The notes beneath the pieces are model-generated. The model saw only the letters and a program-made list of their open reading frames with translations, did not search any database and was not told where the DNA came from. This document shows, in pieces, positions 49,951 through 57,725 of a stretch of 61,961 nucleotides of DNA. How positions within the stretch are numbered: position 1 is the first letter of the stretch; every line of letters begins with the position of its first letter. The stretch lies in contig CAZCME010000025.1 of the NCBI GenBank assembly GCA_964499705.1, forward strand, positions 1-61,961. The letters run 5' to 3'. A program made the position numbers and the translations under genes. The stretch is from an uncultured bacterium. GTDB taxonomy: Bacteria; UBA8481.

Positions 49951-51027
49951 TTATTCGAATGTAAGCGCCGCTGAATTGATGCAGTACCGCAGGCCGGTCG
50001 GTCGGGGACCGTCGTCGAAGACGTGGCCGAGATGAGCGGAGCAACGGCTGCAGCGGACCTCCGCGCGCGTCATGCCGTGGCTTTTATCCGTGATGCTCTC
50101 GAGCGCGGACCGATCCACCGGCATCCAGAAGCTCGGCCATCCGGTACCGGATTCGAACTTCGCCGTGGAGACGAAGAGTTCCTGTCCGCACCCGGCGCAG
50201 GAGAAAGCCCCGATATCGTGATGATCCCAGTATTTTCCGGTGAAGGCGCGTTCCGTGCCGGCCTTGCGAATGACCTTGAATTGCTGGGGTGTCAGAATCG
50301 CCTGCCATTCCTTTTCCGTGACGCTCTGCCAGTATTCGCGCGTCTCGTCGGCTCCCGGAGGAACCATGCTCGTATCGGCGTCTCTCGATGGCGCATGGCA
50401 TGATCCTCCGCCCGATTTTTCGTAGTACTGCTGATGATAGTCCTCGGCTGGATAAAACATTCCCTCTGCCTGGATCTGGGTCCCGACTTTGTCCGTGCCG
50501 AGTCGCGCGGCCCGCCGCGCTCCTTCTCTCAAGCGAGATAATCGCGCCACCACAGCCTGCTTCGGGGTTGTCGTGAAGATGACCGAGCGGTACTGGCTCC
50601 GCGTGTCCTCCTCGGCCGGCGGCGTGTGGCTCGACCAGAAAACCTGCAGCAGACGGTCGTAGGAGACGCGCGACGGATCGTACGTCACCTCGACGACCTC
50701 GGCGTGGCCGGTCACATGCGAGCAGACATCTTCGTACGTGGGATTCATGCGCGTGCCTCCGGAATACCCGGCGCGCGTGGAGACGACGCCGTCGATCGAC
50801 CGGAACAGTGCCTCCACGCCCCAGAAGCATCCCGCTCCGAAGACGGCTTTCTCCGTTACGGCCGTCGGGGTTTCACGCGGCGAGCCGGCCGGTTTCACCG
50901 CGGTGGAAGTGAGCGCGGGGCCGGTCTGGCCGGAGCGGGCTAGGGAGAGGGCGGGTCGGAAAGCGGCGAACAGGATCCCCGCCGTTGCGAGAACGGAGGC
51001 TAACAGAATGAGCTGAGCATGATTCAT
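49951..51027 (-). CDS. msrAB: Exported bifunctional methionine sulfoxide reductase MsrA-MsrB
   Basis: N-terminal signal/TM; MsrA motifs GAGCFWG, GHAE and FYPAEDYHQQY; MsrB motifs GTERAF, GWPSF, HLGHVFDDGP and RYCINS. Confidence 0.96.
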   Translation of the reverse strand: MNHAQLILLASVLATAGILFAAFRPALSLARSGQTGPALTSTAVKPAGSPRETPTAVTEKAVFGAGCFWGVEALFRSIDGVVSTRAGYSGGTRMNPTYEDVCSHVTGHAEVVEVTYDPSRVSYDRLLQVFWSSHTPPAEEDTRSQYRSVIFTTTPKQAVVARLSRLREGARRAARLGTDKVGTQIQAEGMFYPAEDYHQQYYEKSGGGSCHAPSRDADTSMVPPGADETREYWQSVTEKEWQAILTPQQFKVIRKAGTERAFTGKYWDHHDIGAFSCAGCGQELFVSTAKFESGTGWPSFWMPVDRSALESITDKSHGMTRAEVRCSRCSAHLGHVFDDGPRPTGLRYCINSAALTFE

Positions 51028-51057
51028 GGAGTTCTCCTTTCAGATGTGTATCGTTCT

Positions 51058-51083
51058 GTCGCGACGCACAAAGCTATCTTACA
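51058..51083 (-). promoter_or_regulatory. Putative ECF promoter of msrAB
   Basis: Minus strand TGTAAG-N16-CGAC(AGAACGA), followed by an AAGGAG RBS and ATG 51027. Confidence 0.7.
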
Positions 51084-51174
51084 ACTTTGCCGTTGTTAAT
51101 TCTGAAAGACCGCCCTTCTCCGTGATTCCGGCTCGCCCGATTCGGGCACGTCAGCTAGAATGAGGAAACGCCCG

Positions 51175-52446
51175 ATGAACAACCGCAGCCGCCTTGGATT
51201 CGCCCTCGCTCCTGCGCTACTGCTCGGCCTCACTTACGGATTGGGCCAGATCGTCCGGGATTGTTCCCTGACGTGCAACGTCGGCTTTCGCCTTTCGCCG
51301 ATCGTATTCCTCCTGATCTCGCTCCTCTCCTTCGGAGTCGTCTCCCTCCAGATCCGCATCGTTTCCCGATTCGACGCCAGCTGCTGGTGGATCGGATGCG
51401 CGGGCGGCGGCGCCCTGCTCATTCTCGTGTTTCGCGGTCTGACATTTCTTCTTCTATCCGGTGATCCTTCAACGGGGAAGGAGGCGCTGCAGGCCGTCTA
51501 TATCGGATTCTATGTCGTCCTGGAGCTGCTCTTCGCTCTGCTCTGGAACAACCTCTTCGGATTCGTGAGGAGGCTCTTTCCGGACGAGGTTAAGGGTGGA
51601 CGCATGTTCGGTTATGTCTCCGCTTGCGTTCTTGTCGGCAGCCTGGCCGGCGCCTGGCTGGGAGGCGAGCTTGCGCCGATTCTGATGAGGTCTTTCCCCG
51701 ATCGATTCGAGCAGATCCGGGATCATCTCATGTTCGCCATGGCCGCGAGCCTGCTTCTGTCGATCCCGATCCTCGCCGCCGGCGCGCGCGCTTCCGGGGC
51801 GAAGACCGCGGGCCCCGGGACGAAAATCGAGGAGTCTTTCGGGCTGGGCACCGCGTGGTCGTGGGTGAAATCCGACTCGCGGATGAAGCGCATGGCCTGG
51901 ATTTATCTTCTCACCGGAAGCTCCGCGATCTTCATGGATTACATCTTCTACTGGGTCATCAGCCAGCAGGCGGAAGGTGGCAGCGTCGGGCTCGTCGGAT
52001 TCTTCTCGAACTTCTACATCTATTTGAGCGGCATGACCCTTTTGCTTCTCCTGTTCGGAGCAGGGCGGTTGTCGCGCCGGTTCGGAGACACGGCCGGTCT
52101 CTTGATTTTGCCTGCAGTGCTCTTGCTGGGAACCGGCGGACTCCTCGCGTTCGTGAACCTTCGCCTTTTGTCCGGAATCAGGATCATGGAGAAGAGCCTG
52201 AAGAAATCGATCTACGAGCCATCGACGGAGTCCCTGTTTCAACAGCTCGATCCCGAGCGCTATTCGGTGCTGCGCCCGGTGCTCGACGGCTTCTCCAAGA
52301 GAATAGGGGAGGCCGCCATTTCGATCGCCCTCCTGGGTTTCCTTCTGTTCCCGGATCTGCCGATCCGAGCGGCTCTCGGCCTGCTGCTCTTCATCCAGGC
52401 TGCATGGCTCATCGCCGTGCTTTCACATCGACGTTCGGCGCGCTGA
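51175..52446 (+). CDS. MFS-like membrane protein, Npt/TLC nucleotide-carrier-like (paralogue B)
   Basis: Shares RDCSLTCNVG, RFEQIRDHLMF, DYIFYW and FFSNFYIYL with 44663-45946. The start is 51160 or 51175. Confidence 0.7.
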   Translation: MNNRSRLGFALAPALLLGLTYGLGQIVRDCSLTCNVGFRLSPIVFLLISLLSFGVVSLQIRIVSRFDASCWWIGCAGGGALLILVFRGLTFLLLSGDPSTGKEALQAVYIGFYVVLELLFALLWNNLFGFVRRLFPDEVKGGRMFGYVSACVLVGSLAGAWLGGELAPILMRSFPDRFEQIRDHLMFAMAASLLLSIPILAAGARASGAKTAGPGTKIEESFGLGTAWSWVKSDSRMKRMAWIYLLTGSSAIFMDYIFYWVISQQAEGGSVGLVGFFSNFYIYLSGMTLLLLLFGAGRLSRRFGDTAGLLILPAVLLLGTGGLLAFVNLRLLSGIRIMEKSLKKSIYEPSTESLFQQLDPERYSVLRPVLDGFSKRIGEAAISIALLGFLLFPDLPIRAALGLLLFIQAAWLIAVLSHRRSAR

Positions 52447-52506
52447 TCTGATCCGCTTAGGCGGAGACTGTTAAATCGAAGCGCTCGATTTCCTGCTTAA
52501 TTCCGA

Positions 52507-53094
52507 TCAGCCCCCGATCAAAGGAAGAAGGGGAGTATTGATGGTGGTGACGCTTCCCGGGTTGACCTGAAGCCATCGGTAGTTCGGATCGTTCACCGTG
52601 GTCGGCTGGTAGCTCTGCCATCGACCAACGGAATCCATCGTGCGAAACCATGTGGTGACGATGAGGTCTCCAATATCTTCTCTCGCGGTGCCGTAGGGCA
52701 GGTAGATTCCGACTTCCGGATTGCCTTCCCAAAGTCCGTTTATTCCCTGCGGCGCCTGGACCATGGCATGTCCGAGGACTTCGCTGGTCACCTTGTTGTG
52801 GACGCTGATGATGAAGGCGATCTGCAGAACCGTGTCGTGGATGGCTTCCAACCTGTACGGCAGGGTCAATGTCACGTCATAGGGCCGGATATTGCCCGTC
52901 GCGCCCGCTCCGATCGCGGAGAGTTGAACCACCTCGATCAGGGATAACTGCACGTTATATTCGACCGCGGTCGGCTGGATCATCGCCGTCGTCACCTGGG
53001 ACACAACCATGTTCATGGGGGACGCCTCCGCCTTCAAAGGTGTCGCCAACAGTGCCAGTACAACGAGGAAAGGTGCGATGAGAATATTTTTCAT
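52507..53094 (-). CDS. Secreted hypothetical protein (beta-rich)
   Basis: AAGGAG RBS and signal peptide MKNILIAPFLVVLALLATPLKA. Confidence 0.7.
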   Translation of the reverse strand: MKNILIAPFLVVLALLATPLKAEASPMNMVVSQVTTAMIQPTAVEYNVQLSLIEVVQLSAIGAGATGNIRPYDVTLTLPYRLEAIHDTVLQIAFIISVHNKVTSEVLGHAMVQAPQGINGLWEGNPEVGIYLPYGTAREDIGDLIVTTWFRTMDSVGRWQSYQPTTVNDPNYRWLQVNPGSVTTINTPLLPLIGG

Positions 53095-53141
53095 GTTCGT
53101 TCTCCTTGAGGAAATGGAATGAATGTCGACGGATGTCATGA

Positions 53142-54050
53142 CTATTGCCCTCGCGTTCCGAAGCCGCTGATCCTCGGGATTGTCACGCGGACCGGTTGGA
53201 ACGGTCCGGCATTGACGATCAGCGAGAAGTTGGGCAGTTCCATGATCTGAGCTGCACCGCAGGCGGAACAATTGCCGGCGACGAGTCGAACTCCATACGC
53301 GGCCCGAGCGGAATTGTTCTGCGCATTGAAGGTGACAACGCGGCTCGTGTTGGAACCGGATACGACTCCCAGCGTCACGAAGACGTCACCCTGCTGCTGT
53401 CCCGTTGCGGTGTCGTAAAGAAAAGCGCTCGTGAGGTTGTGGAGATTCGTGCCCTGAAGGATCACTTCAACATAGGGACTGGTTATCGGCGTGAGAGCGG
53501 CGCTCGACATCAGGGCGCCGCCCGATGTCGTGACATGGGTGATCGTCGGCCTCGCCGCCGCCGCTTCCAATTCCGCGGCCGCCGCTGCCGCCGCTGCCGC
53601 TGCCGCCACCGCCGCCGCCGTTGCCTCCGCGGTATTGGTCGATGGCGCGGAGACGGTGATGGTGAAGCCAGGAATCGTCTGCTCCTGGGTTCCGTTGAAG
53701 AATCGGACCACAAGTCCCGTGGCGGCCGGTGACTGGTCGGAGACTCTGAAAGAGCAGAGGCGTGAGTTGATCGTGGCCGTGGACGCAGGCTGGATCATGA
53801 CGCTGATGTCGGCTCGCCTTGCGAAGGAGACGGGATCATAGACAAAGACATCTCCGAGTTCATTGAGATTTGACCCCTGCAGATAGACTCCGGCCTGGGA
53901 ACGGGTCTGATCGAGCGGTGCAAGCTCGATGAGCGAGGTTGGGCCGGTTCCGTCATCCTTCGCCACAATAGTGATCATCGGTTCGGCGTGTACAGCCGCT
54001 ACCGCGAGCATGACAGCGCTCCATGCCATTAAACATCGATTCATCTTCAT
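53142..54050 (-). CDS. Secreted protein with two internally duplicated Ig/IPT-like domains and a poly-Ala linker
   Basis: GGAGGAG RBS and signal peptide; VYLQGSNLNELGDVFVYD versus VILQGTNLHNLTSAFLYD; Ala run encoded at about 53550-53630. Confidence 0.75.
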   Translation of the reverse strand: MKMNRCLMAWSAVMLAVAAVHAEPMITIVAKDDGTGPTSLIELAPLDQTRSQAGVYLQGSNLNELGDVFVYDPVSFARRADISVMIQPASTATINSRLCSFRVSDQSPAATGLVVRFFNGTQEQTIPGFTITVSAPSTNTAEATAAAVAAAAAAAAAAAELEAAAARPTITHVTTSGGALMSSAALTPITSPYVEVILQGTNLHNLTSAFLYDTATGQQQGDVFVTLGVVSGSNTSRVVTFNAQNNSARAAYGVRLVAGNCSACGAAQIMELPNFSLIVNAGPFQPVRVTIPRISGFGTRGQ

Positions 54051-54087
54051 AGACTCCTCCTGAGCTTGACCGTGCTGTTGATGATTC

Positions 54088-54113
54088 ATCGTAGATCGTA
54101 AGCAAACCTTACG
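54088..54113 (-). promoter_or_regulatory. Possible ECF promoter of the 54050/53094 secreted-protein genes
   Basis: Minus strand CGTAAG-N16-CGAT, directly after the terminator U-tract; a weaker match to the TGTAAG-N16/17-CGAC motif. Confidence 0.4.
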
Positions 54114-54114
54114 C

Positions 54115-54147
54115 AAAAAAAAAGGGACCCCGCCGCGCGGGGTCCCT
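54115..54147 (-). terminator. Intrinsic terminator downstream of the Met-rich gene
   Basis: GC-rich stem gggaccccgc/gcggggtccc with a 3-nt loop and nine U on the minus strand, 17 nt after the stop codon. Confidence 0.9.
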
Positions 54148-54163
54148 CCGATACTCTCGAAGC

Positions 54164-54979
54164 TCAGCGATACGCCGTCATCGACTTCATCTTCATCTTG
54201 CCGGTCATCATCGACATCCCGTCCATCATCTTCGACATGTCCATCATCATCTTGCCCATGTCGCCGGCCATCATGCCGCCCATCTTGCCCATCATCATGG
54301 ACATCATCTTCATCTGGTTCATCATGCCGGTCTTCATGTCGCCGCTCATCATCATGGCGCCCATGTTCCCGTGCATCATCTTCGACATGTCCATCATCAT
54401 CTTGTTCATGTCGGTCATCATCGGCATCATGTCGCCGGTCATGCCCATGCCCATCATCTTCATGCCGTGCATGTTCATCATCATCTTCGACATGTCGCCC
54501 ATCATCATGCCCATCTTCGCCATCATCATCTTCGCCATGTCATCGGACATCATCATCGACATGTCGGACATCTCGTTCATCTTCCCCATGTCCATCATCA
54601 TCTTGGACATCTTCCCCATCATCATCGACATGTCGCCCATCGACATGGAGCCCATGGGCATCTCGCCCATTGTCATCATGCCCATGTCGCCCATCATCTT
54701 CGACATGTCCATCATCATCTTCCCCGACCCCATCGGCATGGCCATGCCCATGTCGCCCATCATCTTCGACATGTTCATCATCATGTCGGCCATGTTCATC
54801 ATGGACATCTTATCCATGTTCATGCTCATCTTCGACATGTCCATGTTCATCTTGGACATGTCGCCCATCATATCCATGGGCATGTTGCCCATCATCTCCT
54901 CGGCGGCGACGTTCGGCGCAAAGCCGCACATCAAGGCCAGCGCGATCGTCGGGATCGCGCGTCGGGTACAGTAACTCAT
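54164..54979 (-). CDS. Secreted methionine-rich repeat protein
   Basis: AGGAGG RBS, signal peptide and its own terminator. About 114 Met in the 243 residues after the leader (hand count), arranged in DMSKMMM-type heptads. Confidence 0.85.
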   Translation of the reverse strand: MSYCTRRAIPTIALALMCGFAPNVAAEEMMGNMPMDMMGDMSKMNMDMSKMSMNMDKMSMMNMADMMMNMSKMMGDMGMAMPMGSGKMMMDMSKMMGDMGMMTMGEMPMGSMSMGDMSMMMGKMSKMMMDMGKMNEMSDMSMMMSDDMAKMMMAKMGMMMGDMSKMMMNMHGMKMMGMGMTGDMMPMMTDMNKMMMDMSKMMHGNMGAMMMSGDMKTGMMNQMKMMSMMMGKMGGMMAGDMGKMMMDMSKMMDGMSMMTGKMKMKSMTAYR

Positions 54980-55005
54980 AACTACCTCCTGTGATTTATA
55001 TTACA

Positions 55006-55042
55006 GCCGCTTCAATTTAGCGGCGGACTTCAGCCGGATCAA
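55006..55042 (-). promoter_or_regulatory. Possible sigma70 promoter of the Met-rich gene with overlapping dyad
   Basis: Minus strand TTGATC-N17-TAAATT; the inverted repeat gccgct-N7-agcggc (55006-55024) brackets the -10. Confidence 0.4.
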
Positions 55043-55084
55043 AAATATTACTTATTCCTTTGGTTCAGCGGTTTTTCACCTCCT

Positions 55085-56059
55085 TTAAGGGGTTGCCTTA
55101 GGGCATTGGACCAGATTCTTTAAAAGGGCGCGAAAGGCCGTCATCGGAACTTCGCGCCGGTTGAACCGGAAGACGAATTCGTCCAGGTACTGCTGGAGAT
55201 ATCTCGGGGTGACGCCTCGATGTGTTACCAGGAGCCAGGATTTCAGTTCTCCGAAGGCCTTATGGATATGCGGGAAGCGCGTCGCGGCCTCGTGCGGCGA
55301 CCCGACGGCCCGGATGCGATGCCGGTACAGGGTCAGGATCTTCGGGGAAAGACTCAGTCGCCCGTTCGTCCGGATTTTCGATCCCGCTTCGACGTTTCCC
55401 ATCAGGAAGGCCTCCAGCGTCGACGCTCTCTGATCCGGTATCACGGCAAGTTTCAGGCGTCCCGGCGCCTCACGGCGCCGGCCGCGCGCATCGCGACGCG
55501 TGACGACCTCCACCGCTCCGACAACCAGGTCGCCTCCTCCGGCTCCCGGCGCACGGCTTCCTGCGCGAGCTTCCTCGTGGAGCAGCGTCACGTAGACGCG
55601 GACGGTTCCGGTCAGCTTCTCCAGCGACTCCGTGACCATGTTGCTTCGGAGACGGCGCAGGAGGTTCCAGGCGCTCCTGTAATTCGCCAGGTCCAGCTCT
55701 TTCTGCAGTTGAAGCGCGCTGATGCCCGGGAGCCGTGTCGCCACAAGATACGCCGCCAGGAACCAGCTCTCGATCGGAACGTGCGAACGGTGCATGGCCG
55801 TGCCGGCTGTCGGTGAAACCTGGGTTCGGCATGCACGACACTGATAAGCCGGTCGCGTTCGGAGTAGTGCCGCTGACCGGCTTTGGCACCGGGGACAGAC
55901 GAACCCGTGCGGCCATCTCAATGTCGCGACATATTCCAGACACGTCGGGGCGGATGAAAACTTGCGGCGAAACGCGGCGAAGTCCGCGGTTCTATCCGGC
56001 TGCATTTTCGCGGAGCGGCTTCGAGAGTTCGGAAATAAGTCAGGAGCCTGCTTTTTCAT
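55085..56059 (-). mobile_element. IS1595-family (ISXO2-like) transposase homologue with substituted catalytic residues
   Basis: LRWPHGFVCPRC...YQCRAC...TAGT zinc ribbon, ISALQLQKEL and YLDEFVFRFNRR. No terminal inverted repeats recognised. Confidence 0.85.
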
Positions 56060-56184
56060 GAAATGCCTTTCCACGCAATTGAACGTGGAAAAGAGTCGGA
56101 CTCATCGTCACGAGCTTACAAAGAAAAGCTCCGCTGGATCCCTATGAGATTCGGTTCCCCCCCCCGGAGCTGCAGACGGCACTC

Positions 56185-56985
56185 CTATTTTTTAAACCAC
56201 GCCCGCGCTTTTCGCAGACTCACGGCGACATATTCCGCATCCGAGGAGAAGACCTCCAGCGTGACCGTGCGCTTATATCCCATCTTCTTCAGGTGCCCGA
56301 TCTCCGTGGGCCAGTCGATCGTGCCCGCGCCGAGAGGCATGTGCGCGTCGACGTCGCCGCGGTTGTCGGAGATATGAACGTGCATCAGGCGCTTGCCGTA
56401 GCGGCGGCAGAACTCGTTCGTGACATTCTCGCGGCCTGACAGATTCGCGTGGCCGATGTCGAGATGAAAGCCGAGCGCGGGGACTTTGTCGAAGAGAGCG
56501 TCGAGCGTTTCGAACTGGTCGGGCCGGCCGTGGAAATGTTCCAGCACGATCTGCACGCCCATCGCGCCGGCTTCCTCGGAGACGTATCGCAGCGTCTCGA
56601 CCTGGGCGTCGATGGCCGCCTGGAGCCCGATGTATTTCGCGACGGCGGCGTGGATGTGATACGTCATCGTCTTCGCGCCGAGCGTAGAGAAGTGACGGGC
56701 GGCCCACAGCAGGGACTCCGCAACGCCGCGGCGGACTTCCGGGTAAGCGGCGTTGCCGTGGAGATGCCAGCCGGTGTGGCCGACGATGCCGAGGCCGGTC
56801 TTGTCGAAGGCGCGCTGGACGGGGGCGAGCTTGAACGTCTCAAACCCGGCGCCCGGCGGTTCGAGCGTCAGGTCGACAAAATCAAAGCCCATCTTCTTCG
56901 CCTTAAGGATCTCGGGAACCGGATCGAGAGCCGGATGATTCATCATGCCGAATGTAACCTGCTGCTTCATGGTTTTGGATTTCAT
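56185..56985 (-). CDS. Sugar phosphate isomerase/epimerase (xylose-isomerase-like TIM barrel)
   Basis: GFDFVDL, IVLEH, FHLDIGHAN, HVHISDN...DAHMPLGAGTIDW and TLEVF; TATAAT lies 6 nt before the ATG. Confidence 0.88.
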   Translation of the reverse strand: MKSKTMKQQVTFGMMNHPALDPVPEILKAKKMGFDFVDLTLEPPGAGFETFKLAPVQRAFDKTGLGIVGHTGWHLHGNAAYPEVRRGVAESLLWAARHFSTLGAKTMTYHIHAAVAKYIGLQAAIDAQVETLRYVSEEAGAMGVQIVLEHFHGRPDQFETLDALFDKVPALGFHLDIGHANLSGRENVTNEFCRRYGKRLMHVHISDNRGDVDAHMPLGAGTIDWPTEIGHLKKMGYKRTVTLEVFSSDAEYVAVSLRKARAWFKK

Positions 56986-57036
56986 GCGGCTATTATAAGC
57001 AGGATCATTTCCCCGGCAATCTCTGATCGTCCCGAT

Positions 57037-57212
57037 CCAGAACTTCCCCATCAAGAAATATTAACCGGATGAACAGGATAAGCAGGATCGATTCAGGTTG
57101 GTATAGAAGGCGATTTAGTTCAGTTATTGGGAAGTGGGTTTTCATTCCTCTCAAATCCTGCTCATCCTGCCCATCCTGTTAAATTTCCCGCCATCGGATG
57201 GGGAAGTTCTGG
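57037..57212. repeat. Palindromic intergenic element, copy 2, with an additional outer 16-bp perfect inverted repeat
   Basis: Inner arms 57061-57088 and 57155-57182 are homologous to 8121-8281. Outer arms are ccagaacttccccatc (57037-57052) and gatggggaagttctgg (57197-57212). Confidence 0.85.
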
Positions 57213-57263
57213 TCCCGGTCTGACACGATTGCAATCGACGAACCGTTGCGTCATGCTGTCGGC

Positions 57264-57725
57264 ATGTTCCGTCTTCTTGCCATGACGTCAGCCGCGATGT
57301 TCATCGTGGCCTGCGGCCGGCCGGCGCCCCCGCCCGCGATGCCATCCGCCTTGTCCACGCCGACGCCGGCGGTCGCCGCGATCGCCCGGAACTTGCCGCC
57401 GCTCGAGATCGTCCTGGAGGGTGACGCGATCCGCAGAAGCGACACGGAATATGAAGCCGCCGGTCCGGAAATTCTCTGTTCCGCGTTCCTCATGGACTCA
57501 GAAGTGCCGCGCCTAGTTTCCTCCGAAGTGGAATGGAAGACCGATCCGCCCGGCGGATCCTTTTCTTCGGGCGCGAGCGGGGTCTTCTTTCTGCCGGATT
57601 CGCATTCAACGGTGAAGATCTATGCTCTCTTTTCGGAACAGGGACAGGTCAGCCCGGGTGCGTCAAGCCCGTCAATGGCAGGCTACACGGTTGAAAGTCC
57701 CAGGATTACCTTGATCGTGCCCTGA
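57264..57725 (+). CDS. Hypothetical lipoprotein
   Basis: MFRLLAMTSAAMFIVAC lipobox, Pro-rich linker and a beta-rich domain. Confidence 0.6.
   Translation: MFRLLAMTSAAMFIVACGRPAPPPAMPSALSTPTPAVAAIARNLPPLEIVLEGDAIRRSDTEYEAAGPEILCSAFLMDSEVPRLVSSEVEWKTDPPGGSFSSGASGVFFLPDSHSTVKIYALFSEQGQVSPGASSPSMAGYTVESPRITLIVP

Noticed and set aside
53550-53630. GCC/GCT trinucleotide run as a non-coding microsatellite
   Set aside because: It is explained as the poly-Ala linker of the minus-strand CDS.
54198-54994. Plus-strand His-rich (54371-54994) and Ile/Met-rich (54198-54974) ORFs that look like metal-binding proteins
   Set aside because: They are antisense shadows of the ATG-rich minus-strand gene (CAT reads as His). 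The RBS, signal peptide and terminator all support the minus strand.
56986-57263. Mirror-image MGKFW N-termini of ORFs 56185-57054 and 57198-57725
   Set aside because: They arise from the 16-bp inverted repeat; better starts lie at 56985 and 57264.
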